From: Cenococcum geophilum
Taxonomy: Eukaryota
NCBI GenBank assembly: GCA_050273025.1
Contig: CP158635.1
Location: 23,994,001-24,058,000, forward strand
Direction of reading: 5' to 3'
Length of the DNA stretch: 64,000 bases
Shown: one piece after another, positions 39,401 through 51,500 of the stretch
How the letters are laid out: every line of letters starts with the position of its first letter
Position numbering within the stretch: position 1 is the first letter of the stretch
Position numbers and translations under genes: made by a program
The notes under the pieces: model-generated
The model's database searches: none
Told to the model about the DNA's origin: nothing
Seen by the model: the letters and a program-made list of their open reading frames with translations, nothing else

Positions 39401-42172
39401 GAAAAAAGAGTTAAAAGGGGAGATAAGCTAGGTCCTTATGCGTTAATTGGACACCTAGTTAGCTATAATTTAATAAATATCTACCGAATCTGGATTCCAA
39501 GTCTCTATAAAGTCATTTAAATTAGAGACGTCACATTTAATAAGACCTCGTTCTATAACCCTAAGGGTTAGAATATTAACTACCTGCTAAGGGAAGCATT
39601 GGAGGACACCCTACAGATAATTAGTCTACTAGAACCTCTCTATAAGAATAAGTCTAAGGATAAATCTATCCTATATAGACCTACCTCAAATATAGATTAA
39701 ACGACTATACCTAAATTAAACGATTCGGCAGAGCCTCCTACGAAGGATACTAAGCAGTTACCAACACCGAGTAGGACGGTATCTCTAGATTTACTAGAAT
39801 CAAACGCCTTACTATAAGGACTTTAAGACGACATCCTAAATATAACTAAAGCAGTTTCTACCTAGCTAAGCTCTCTAGAACTATCTAATAGAGCAACTAA
39901 TATAGCTCTATAAGCTAATAAAGTCTCGGCCAAACCTTCTGCCGACCTTATCCTACCAAAAGGATCCAAATGAATTTGACGTTAAGCGCATGCAATAGCA
40001 CTAGCCAATCTACCTACCCTATTTGGTTACTACGCTGGCTTTGCTATAGGACTAGTAAAGGATATCGACTAAACTAGATCCTTATCTCTATATTGGGACA
40101 ACCTTCCTCCTAAACTAAAGAACCTTAAGGATCTAAGAAAGCATCTATTGACTACTAGCTTCTAAAAGGCTATAGAAAAAGAATACAATGACCTAAAACG
40201 CTGAGGGACATTTAAAATCGTACTAAAGGAAGAGGCAAGCAACGAGCAGATCCTACTACTAAAATGGGTCTTTAAATATAAGCTTAACAGCGACGGTTAT
40301 CTTTAAAAGCTAAAAGCTTAACTGTGTGTCCGTGGAGACCTACAGATTACTAAAGAAGAGACCTATGTAGTAATACTAGCTGCTCGAATATTCCGTGCTC
40401 TTATGGCTATAGCAGCCGTATTCGATTTGGAAATTTAATAGTATAACGCCGTAAACGTATTTATAAATGCTAAGCTTAGTAAACTAGTATACTGCTACTG
40501 CCTAGAAGGATTTAATTAAAATAGATATATCCTAGAGCTACTTATAGCGCTATACGGACTAAAAATATTACCGCTACTGTAGTATAAAGAGCTTACTAGT
40601 ACCCTAGCTGAATTTGGATTAAAACCTATCCTAGGTACTAACTGCCTATTTACCGATGGACGACTTATTATCTTCTTCTATGTAGACGATATTGCCGTTC
40701 TATTTGCTAAAGAGGACCTCCTAAGACTGGAAGAGTTTAAAGCTAAACTACTATACCGATACGAGATCCGTGCACTAAGAGACCTATAGTGGTTCCTAGG
40801 AATTTAAATTGAATAAGATCGACCAAGTTAAAAGCTTTGGCTTTACCAAGATTTCTATATTAAAAAGATAGCCAATTAATTTAATATTTAACCAGGCAGA
40901 TTTCCTAAGTTACTACTTCCTGCTAAAGAACTGATTCCGTTTAACTAGTAGACGAACCCTTAAAGGACTCTAGCCTACTAGTAACGAGTAGGGTCTCTTA
41001 TACACCTCGCCGTATTTAGAAGACCTAATATTGCTAAGACGCATTCTAAGCTGGCCGAATTTCTTACTAATCCAGATTAAAGACACCTTGACGCGGCAAA
41101 CTAAGCTATTGCCTACTGTCTTAGAACAAAATCTATAGCTATTGAATACTCTGGCGAAGTATTTGGAGCTTATATCTACTTTAGAAACCCTAAAGAAGAA
41201 GACGTTACCTTTTACGGAGTATTTAATATAGCATTTACGGACCATAAGGAGACTAGACGGAGCTCTTAAGGATACCTATTTATCCTATTCAGAGGCCTAA
41301 TTAATTAGAAAGCAACCCTATAGCGATTAGTAACTCGCTTAACTACTAAAGCGGAGCTTCTCTCCCTATCTACTGCTGCTGTTGAGATTATCTAGTGGCA
41401 ACGATTCTTTAAGGCAATCGGCTTTAATATAGAGCGTAAATTTACCCTACTATGCGACAATATGTAGACTATCCAACTGCTAAGATAAGATACACCAAAA
41501 CTAGACACCAAGCTTCGACATATCGACGTATATTAGCACTGGCTTAGACAGGAAGTCTAAGATAAAAAGATTGACGTCTGATGGGTTCTAATAGATAAGA
41601 TGCCTGCCGACGGCCTTACCAAGGTTCTACCCCGTTAAAAGCATGAAGCATGGATAAAGCAATTGAATTTGGTGGATATTTGATATTAAATTTCTATTCC
41701 ATCTGGCAAATAATAATATCCGCAATATCCGCTTCGCGATATTCGCAATATTCGCAATATACTGTTATAATTGCCCTACCCCTTTGCTACTCCTAAAATC
41801 GTATCCAAGTTTCCTATTTTGGTATAGTCTCTATATTTATTTTTATTTTCTATAGCTTTAACCACACCGTTAAATCTAGGGGTGTGTGTAACTGACTACT
41901 AGTACTATGTTAAAGACACTGCTGTATTACCTAATGTGGACCGTAATGGTTACAGCCGCCTTAATTAGCCTGAAATATCAATTACGGCTATATTGAGGAT
42001 AAGATTAAGGGGTACTTGTGACCTACCTTTGTTTGTGTATATATAGATACTTTAGAGCTATATTTATAATCAAGTCGTTTATTTAATTCTTCGCACTGCA
42101 AAGCTTATACCTTACCTCCTTAAGGATTTATCTCCTCTATAATCTATCTGTTCCTATAATTATGTCCTTATA
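36481..42172. mobile_element. Orphan LTR (36481-36610 plus 42115-42172) split by the Copia insertion
   Basis: Starts TGTAAGGGA and ends TCCTTATA (RIP form of TCCTTACA). Flanks ATAAG and ACCCC do not match; no partner LTR seen in the window. Confidence 0.55.
36611..42109 (+). mobile_element. Ty1/Copia LTR retrotransposon, full length, RIP-inactivated
   Basis: 223-bp LTRs at 36611-36833 and 41887-42109; TSD CCTTA (36606-36610, 42110-42114); PBS-region GTTATGAGCCC. Gag from ~37088 with a CVCGLIHRFSDC knuckle, integrase PYTEEQNGGA, RT KWVFKYK..FFYVDDI, RNase H LRHIDV..MPADGLTK. Confidence 0.93.
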
Positions 42173-44884
42173 ACCCCCTATCTACAAAGTCCCCTTATAT
42201 TTAAATCCTTCCTACTCTATTTAGAAGGGTAGCTGGCTTTAAGAACTAGATTATTTGTTTACATTTTTGTTTATATCCACTATCCTACCTTAAAATCTTG
42301 CGACAACCTAAATGGAAACTCTATGGACACCTTATGGAAAGCCATCGCGCAAAGGTAGGGAGGTCCCTCTAATAGCGAGAGATTGCGATAATATAAACCT
42401 TTAGGTAAGATGGCCGAACAAGCCCTAATACCTAGATGCACTAGGAGCTTAAAGACTCTTATATACCTATAGTCACCGCTAAGGAAAACGTAGACACCCT
42501 CTACTACGGCTATAATACTACTAGAAAGCAGCTAGAACCCCTCTAGCCCTACTTAGGCCAATTAGAAGATTAAGCGCTAGAGGTAACCTTAAGATCTTCT
42601 CTTAAGCTAGAAATGCTAGAGGAATATACTAATATATTTAATTAGGGACCCAACTAGAACCCTCCTAGAAGACTACCGGCCTATAATTAGTATAGTAGTG
42701 GTGTATAGACTACTTATAAGCTAAGTAGGCTTACCCCTTTAGGTAACCTAACCTAATTACTAACTTAAGACTTAAGCCTTATTAGGAAATCTATACTAGC
42801 TACTAGTACTAATACTACCTCTATAGCTAGAGTCTCTTTAAGCCTAAGCCTAGGAAGTTAGGAGCCCTATACCAACCTTCTTTAAGGAGGATATTAGGAA
42901 GCCGTTATAAGGCTTTTAGAAGCTATATAGGAGGGAGCTACTAATAAATATATTAGAAACCTCTAGGGGTAGATTTAGGTCTAGTAGAACTTAATCTAGG
43001 CTAAATAAAATCTTTTATAACTAGGCTAAGACTAAGAACTTCTTAGGGGATATCCTATACTAACCTAAGGAGGTATAAAAGACTTAGAGAGGTATCTATA
43101 TAATAAGCAGAAGAAAGATATAAACTAATTAGCCAAGGCCCCTAATACCGCAACCTAACCAACTAGTATACTAACTACCTCTACTTTTATATTAACCGCT
43201 ACACCTTAACTTACAAATACCTCTACTTTTACACTATCTATTATACCCTAACCTATAATAATATAGCAACTTCACGCATAACCTACGGACGAGGAGAACC
43301 GCCCTATTACTGTGACTAGTTATAGTAAGGAAATTGCAAATATAGCTAAGATATACATAGAGGAGTAGAAATACGGTAGTATAAACAAAAGCCTTAACTA
43401 TAAATTAATAATATTCTATAACATTTGTAATTAAGCGGACGTACCCTAAAAAGCTTACCTTAAAGCATTCCCTACTATGTTAAAAGAACTAGCTTTAGAT
43501 TACTTTTATATAAACTAACTATCCCGCCTACTATTTACTAAGGCTTATAAGCACCTTTAGAATTTCTTTAAAGGACTAGGATTTTAACGTAAGAACCTAG
43601 ATAAGTAGAATACTATTATACTTATAATAGTAATAACAGGAAATATAGACAAGTCTATAAGCAAATACCTTTAATTACTAATTTATAGACTTCGCTAACT
43701 ATAGCATAGCCTTAGACCCACCTTATAAACTATAGACTTCCTTTATAATAAAATCGTTACTTCTTGCTAAGGAATACTAGTATATAGATATGCAGTCTCT
43801 AACCCACTGGATAACTTTAGAGCCCTTATTAATAAACTTTAACTATCCATTATAGTATATAAGAAAGAGCATGCGGAGAAGATATAAGCTTTCTTTACGG
43901 ACCGATAATTCTATAGAAGAGATAATAACTATAATTATAACAACCGTAGCAACCGTAGCAACCCCCTATATAACCGCAACTAATAGAAACTACGTTGCTT
44001 TGTATATAATAGGGAAGGATATCGCTTATAGAAATATATTAAGGAGGAGTAAGAAGAGTTTAAGACTAAGTTTAAAAATAAGTTTAAGGACCGCTTTTAG
44101 GAATAAATAAAGCAATATATTATGGACTACAAAGGCAACAACAATGAGGATAACGACTTAGATAATAAGATTACTAACGTATTTAACGCCCTAGTAGTTA
44201 ATATAGACCCTAGCACCCTATTAAACGAAGACGACTAGGCTATAGCATACTATACTTTATATGGCGAGATCGAACTAAATAATGTAACTGCTATAGCTTT
44301 AGAACTGCCTAATAGAGTATATAGCTACGCAGTTATAACTATTAATACTATAATAGATATATTCCTTACTAATACAGACCCGTTTGCGTATAATACAACC
44401 TTATACTACACCTCTATATAATTTATAAATATAATAATTAATACCAGAGCCTCTAAACGTTCTATAGTAGGATATAGTTAGTTCCTTATACTTTAGAAGA
44501 TCTATAAAGTATAGTTAAACGAGTCTATAAGAGGTATAGTTAGCGTATAGTTTAGAATAAGTTTTATATCTTCTATTAGTTCTACTAAAGTGGTTACACT
44601 AATAGGTATAGTAGAGTTTCACGTTATTAAAGTTAACACCCCTTTCTTACTTTGCCTAGTAGATATAGATAACTTATAAGTATACTTTAACAACCTAAAG
44701 AATATCCTAATAACCCCCTTAAAGACCGTACCAGTTGTGTGCTAATTTAGATACCCGTTTCTACTATAGAATACTTTATTATATATATTTATTATAGAGT
44801 CTTTTAACTAAAACCTATGCTACTTAACTAATATAGAATTGCGACGCCTATACTAATGCTTTAGACATCTATTAGTATAGCAAC

Positions 44885-47800
44885 TGTGAGGTAAGGATGT
44901 GGATAGGGAGTCCAATGATAGAACAATAGGGTATATTGTACAGTAGAGACGAATCCTTAAGGGAGAAGGAGGAGTCTGAGGTGTGAGGTAAGGAAGGGGT
45001 TTCCCTAGGTATGTGCAGAGCACGTGCCTCACAGGCGAGTCGCATGCGAGTCGCCTGTGCCTCGCAGCTATATAACTATATACTCAGGTTTCACCTGACA
45101 ATGCCCCCCCCTTTAAAAAGGGTCGTCCTCGATCCTTTATATGCTTAGGCCTTAATAAAACCCTATAAAAACCTTAATAAGGAAAAAATTGGAAGGGAAA
45201 GAGCGTCCTAATTTTGCGTATAGAGAGATAGGTAGTACACTTGCGCGAAGATATTAAGGAACTTTGACCGCCGGTCGAAGTTGTCTAATTGGTTAGATTT
45301 GGCTTGCTAAGACTTCCCTGTATTTTACCGAGCCAATAGTAATTTTATATACCCGGCATGGAAAATCCTAATTGGTCCATTTAACAGGTAGAGCTAGTAG
45401 CTTAATACCGTTGTCTGAATTTAGTAGACAAGAAATATTCCAAAAGCTCGCTTATATAGGCAGGTTGCTAGTACCTCGCGGGTAGGTTATAGGTTATTCG
45501 TATGCAGCCAGATTTATAGACGGTAAGGCTATATACCAGTTAAACCCGCCGCTAACCCTTGCTTTAGCCTTACGCTATACCGGCGTAGCGTTATATATAC
45601 TTTGTGGGTAAGTTATAGGTTACTTATATGCAGCCAGATTAGGACAGTAGGGCTATATGCCCGTTAAACCCGCCGCTAACCCTTGCTTTAGCCTTGCGCG
45701 TTCTCTGTATAGCATATACGTAGAATAGTATATAAGTTATATCTTAGCAGCAGCGCTTGCTTTTCGCTTACGCTTTAGCTGCAAGGCTGAGTAGTAGTAT
45801 ACTAGTTTTGTGAAACGGTTTATAAGGATAAGGAGGTGTCTTGGCCTTAGGGAGATCCGTAATAGTTAAGTAAGTAATACCGCTAGGCTTATGTGGGGGC
45901 CTTAGGGGCTGCAGCTTACCATAAGGTATATAGCGGTGCGATTTAAGCGTTAGTAGGTATCGCAGTACCTAGGTATTTGCGGAGGTCCTTAGTAAGGCCA
46001 GACCTTATTATGCCTTAGGAGTCCTTAAGTGTTACCGGCAAGAGCTTACCCCTAAGTGGTCACGTATAGAGTATATAAAGGCGTCCCTTATACTCCATAG
46101 ATGGACCAGTAACTTAGGGGTATTCCATAAGCCGTTTCGGCTAAGGTAGCTACTACTACCACTTGCCATAGCATGAGGCTCTGCGCAAAGCCAGTGCTAG
46201 TAAGGTGACTTATAGGGTTGTCGTGGGGGACCATCGCCTGGGCTAAGGGTCTAGCGCCATAGGTTAGTTAAAGTCTTAGTGAGAATAGCAAGACGCTCTG
46301 GTCCGCTGGCGCTAGGTTATTGGTGTAGTAGCACTAGGACCGCCCACAAGGTCTATAACCCACAACTTTTGTATAGCATTAAGGGTTGATTTGGCACCCA
46401 TTATCGTATTAAGCACGTAGGCGGACTTTACCCTAGGGCGTATCTATCGCGATATATACCACAATACGTTCCTTTTCTCCCTATCTAGCGTTGGGTCGCG
46501 ATGCGCCTGCGCAAGGTGTGCGTTTAGGGGTATGTGGTATCCGAATCTGACGTCGGGTCGCGATGTCCTGCGCACGATGTGCGTTCAGGGTATGCGGTGT
46601 CCTGGTCTTGGCATCTGACGTCGGGTCGCGATGTACCTGCGCACGATGTGCGTTCAGGGTATGCGTTATCCTAGTCCTGTTCTGACGTTGGGTCGCGATG
46701 TCCTGCGCACGATATGCGTTCGGGGTATGCGTTATCCTAGTCCTGTTCTGACGTCGGGTCGCGATGTCCTGCGCACGATATGCGTTCAGGGTATGTGGTG
46801 TCCTCGTCTCGTTCCCTGACGTCGGGTCGCGATGCGCCTGCGCAAGGTGTGCGTTTAGGGGTATGCGTTATCCTAGTCTTAGGTGGCTTGCTGCCAGTGA
46901 TCTTTACTACGGCTGCTGTCTGCGTTCCTCGTGTGAGTCGCATACGTAGCGCCGGCGTCCGGGGGGTCCTCTAAGCCATCTAGCTGTTGAGTAGTCTCCC
47001 CGGGAGTTTGGTTAGGAAAGCGTCGCCTTCCTAAGGTTCTGTCCTCTAAACCTGATCCTGCGGAGCTTAAGGTATAACCGCGCTTTAAACGCAAGAATTT
47101 ACTACTGCCAACTACGCGATCTTCCGTAAGCTTTATAGTGTTAAGCAGTTACTCTATACGGCGGATTTCTATAAAGAGGTCCTTAGCGGTTCTTACCTGT
47201 GCAGCGAAGTTCTAGCGGAAGAGCTCTACTTATAGGTAGGTTAGGAGGCGCGAGAACCAAAAGTCTACCTGTTAATTAGGGTCAACAAAAGGGGTGTATA
47301 AGAAGAGGTCCTCTAAGCTATGTATATGGGCTAAGAAGGTGTTAAACTTCTAGTTCTCCTTTATTACAGTTATATAGTATATAGTAGCATTTTTAAAGCG
47401 TCTTACTATAGGGTTCTTAATCTGGTCTTGTACTATAGTCTTAAGTTCGTCCCATAGTAGAGGACCTTTATCTTTGGCGCCCAGGCAGCAATGCACTAGT
47501 TGGGTAACTGTCTTCTCTTTTGTAAGACCTTTAATAGCTTAGCGCGTACGTCGCTTGTAGTTGTAGTTAGCGTTGTAGATCTTAAATCGATTCTTAATTG
47601 CGGTAATCCACCGGTTAAACTTCTATTAAGTAGTGCCACTAATGTTAGGCGGTAACTTCTTGACTAGGGCGTTGAGATTCGTTCGTTGTATGCGTTCGCT
47701 GCGCGACTTATGCTCTTCGCTAGAGAGACGACGGGAGGGCTTCGTTAAATCGATAATGCTCCGTAAGTTGGCTATTTTATTGGCCAGCTTATCTAGCTCC

Positions 47801-48281
47801 TTTAGGTTAGTAGTATTTGGTGGGACGCTGGTAACCTTGCTAAGCTTCTGTTGAGCCCAGGTATATAAGTCAAACTGGTCTCCAGCGTTCGTAGATGTCT
47901 GATTGTCTTGAGATTCGGAAGGTCGCGTAGATTCTGCTGATGTGCTTCTAGCACTAGACCCTGAGGCGTTCTGCCGTCGTGTCGCAGGCGTGTTGCCGTC
48001 GAGCGCAGGCGTCGATCTTGTCTTCGGAGGCATCGTGGATCGCGGAAAATTGAACCGGCTATCCTCCCAAGGGGATTGGTAAGGATTTGAATGTGAGGTG
48101 AGGATGTGGATAGGGAGTCCAATGATAGAACAATAGGGTATATTGTACAGTAGAGACGAATCCTTAAGGGAGAAGGAGGAGTCTGAGGTGCGAGGTAAGG
48201 AAGGGGTTTCCCTAGGCGAGTCGCATGCGAGTCGCCTGTGCCTCGCAGCTATATAACTATATACTCAGGTTTTACCTAACA
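44885..48281 (-). mobile_element. Gypsy family E non-autonomous derivative (3.4 kb)
   Basis: LTRs 44885-45100 and 48092-48281; TSD GCAAC (44880-44884, 48282-48286). Gag starts MPPKTRSTP at 48033. RT/RNase H absent; only patchy pol fragments remain. Confidence 0.88.
46488..46880. repeat. GC-rich tandem repeat (~60-70 bp unit, about 6 copies) inside the deleted Gypsy E
   Basis: Repeated TCTGACGTCGGGTCGCGATGTCCTGCGCACGAT(G/A)TGCGTTCAGGGTATG; explains several short ORFs in the track. Confidence 0.9.
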
Positions 48282-48506
48282 GCAACTTAAAAGAATATTA
48301 GACCGCGCTAGCTATAAAAACAATACTAATTATAAGACCCTCGAGTATATTACCCGCTACTGCTTATACTATTAAAAGCACGGAAAGTTACTAGGTAGAT
48401 TTAGATTTACCTTAAAGGACGACGTTAATTTTAATTACTATATTATTATTAATATTATATATATTAATAGTAGGCCTATACTTTATATTATTAATAAAGG
48501 CACCCG

Positions 48507-51500
48507 TATTAGGTGAAACCTAAGTAAATAGTTATATAGCTGTAAGGTATGGGCGACCCTGGGGCAACCTAGGGGTGACTCGCCCGTAAGGTATGTGCTC
48601 TGCACGTACCTAAGGAAAACCCTTCCTACCTCGCATATAGACTCCTTCTTTTCCCCTAAGGATTCGTCTCTGTCTATACAATATACCTATTGTTCTATTA
48701 TTAGACTCCCTATCCACATCTTTACCTTACATTTAAATCCTTTCTAATCCCCTTAGGAGGATAGCCGGTTTAATTTTTCTACGATGCCTCCGAAAAGAAA
48801 ACTGACGCCTGCACCTGACGGTAATACGCTGGCAATGCAACCGCAGAACGCCTTAGGATTTAGTGTAGACGAAACCGCTAGAAGCACACTAGCAGCATCT
48901 AAGCTATTCTCCGAATCCTAAAACGATTAGATATCTATAAACGCTAAAAACTAGTTTAACTTATATACCTAGGCTTAATAGGAGCTTAGTAAGGTTACTA
49001 GTATCCTACCTAATACCGCTAATATAAAGGAGCTAGATAAGCTGGCTAAGAAAATAGCTAACTTATAGAGTATTATTGATTTAATAAAGCCCTTCTGTTG
49101 CCTCTCTAGTAAAGAGTACGAGTTACGTAGCAAACGTATACGCCGATTAAATCTCGACGCCCTGGTTAAGAAGTCACTACCTAATATTAGCGGTACTACT
49201 TAATAGCATTTTAACCGGTAGATTGCCGCAGTTAAGAACCAATTTAAGGTTAATAATGTTAACTATAACTATAAGCGACGTACGCGCTAGGCTATTAAAG
49301 GTTTTATAAAAGAAAAGACAATTACCTAACTAGTTTATTACCGGTTAGGCACTAAAGATAAGGGTCCTTTACTATGGGATAAATTTAAGACTATGGTCTA
49401 AGACTAGATTAGAAACCCTATAGTAAGACGCTTTAATAACGCTATAATATACTATACGGCTGTTATAAAGGAGAACTAGAGGTTTAACGTCTTCCTAGCC
49501 CGTATACGTAGCTTAGAGGACCTCTTCTTATATACCCCTTTTGTTAATCCTAAATAATAGGTAGACTTTTAGTTTTTATGTCTCCTAGCCTACTTATAAG
49601 CAGAGCTCTTCCGCTAGAACTTCGCCCAATAAGTAAGAACTGCTAAAGACCTCTTTAACGAAATCTGCTGTATAAAGTAATTGCTTAATACCACGAAGCT
49701 TGCGGAAGATTGCGTAAGTGGTAACAGCAAATTATTACGTACGAAGCGCGGTCGCAGCATAGGCTCTGTAGAGTTAGGCTTAGGGAACAGAACCTAAAAA
49801 GGGCAATGCTTTTCTAAGTAAACTTTTAGGGAGACCACCTAAAAGCTGGATGGCTTAGGGGACCCCCTAGACGCTAGTGCTACGCAGGCGAGTTAAAGGA
49901 CCGTAGGCGGCCACTGTAAGGAATACTGAAAGTAGGCTAATAAAGAAAAGTTAGCTTGGGCTTTGGAAAACCTAAAGCCCTAGTAGTGTATCTCTCTTAA
50001 TTATAACTAGGGCCTAATATAGAGGGAGAGAAGAAACGCATTATAGTATACGTCGCGATGGATACGCCCTAGGGCGAAGTCCGCCTATATACTTTATATA
50101 ATAATAGGTGCCAAATTAACCTTATTAATTAAGATGTTGTCTGTAGGTTTAACCTACCTATACGCTACGCGCTATGTTTACGTAAACCTATTATACGTTT
50201 CCTTAATAGCAACCAGATAATAATTTGGGATGCTTATAATCTAACGGTCACTACTAGCGACTCCTAGGGTACCTCTCGCACTATCGGCCCGCAGACCTTT
50301 TAGGGCGGCTTATTTAATAGTTACGATATAGTTTTTAGATGGGATTAGCTCGCGGAAGCAGATCTATTAATTAGCTTCTGTTTTAGACAGTTTATCTAGG
50401 GTACTTTAGACCCTAAACGCCTCTAAATAGTTACCCTTAACGCTCTTCTAGTAGATATTAAGGCTGGTAAAATGGTTTATTTGCTATAGCCAGAAGACTT
50501 CTTTTCTACGCCGGTTGTGAACATAATAGAGGACCTATTATTACTGGCAGCGAGTACCTATGTAAACCCTTTGGACGTAGAGATACTGGTTATAAATATA
50601 GTAGAGGACTTGCCGTTACTAGCAGTAAGTACCCGTAGAGACCCTCTAGTGCTAGTGCAGATTACCTATATATAAGGGGGAGGTGATTAAAACCTTAAAA
50701 CTATTAAGTATACTATAGCAGAGCTGTATATACTCTTAGTGCGAGTATACCTATAAAACGCATATTGGCCGCACCCTTCTCTTCACTAGCTCCTGGAAGT
50801 ATACTACTATATAATAGTCGCTTTAACCTCCGTGGCCCCCGGCCTGCTAAATATATATAAGGAGGAAATTAATATCTTCTTTAATAAGCTAATAAGTATG
50901 CTACCGTAGAACTCTAAGTATAACTATACGATTAACTTAGAAGAAGGCAAGACGCCACTATAAATGCCCCTCTATAACCTCTTATAGAAAGAGTTGCAGA
51001 TCTTATAGGAGTACCTAGACAGTACTCTTAAGAAGGGCTGAATTAGGCCTAGTAAGTTGCCTACTAAAGCGCCTATCCTCTTTGTACCGAAAGTAGACGG
51101 TATAATACGGCTATGTGTTAACTATAGACGCCTAAATAAGATTATAATTAAAAATTAGTACCCCCTACCGCTAGTTAGCGAACTCTTTAATAGGCTTAGC
51201 TATGTGAAGATATTTATAAAGCTAGATCTTTATAATACGTACTATAGGATTCGCATTAAAAAGAGAGACAAATGGAAGACCGCATTTAAAATACGCTATG
51301 GTTACTTTAAGTACCTAGTGATGCCCTTTAGTCTTACTAACGCCCCTATAATATTCTAGAGCTATATTTATAAAGCTCTAGAAACCCTAGTAGATACTAT
51401 CTATATAGTCTACCTAGATAATATTCTCATCTACTTAAATAATAAGGATAAGTACGTTGAGCACATTAAGCAGGTATTGCGACAGCTCTGCGCTTAGGGC

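Noticed and set aside
46488..46880. CRISPR-like appearance of regularly spaced GC-rich repeats
   Set aside because: Units are near-complete tandem copies without unique spacers, inside a fungal LTR element, and there are no cas genes.
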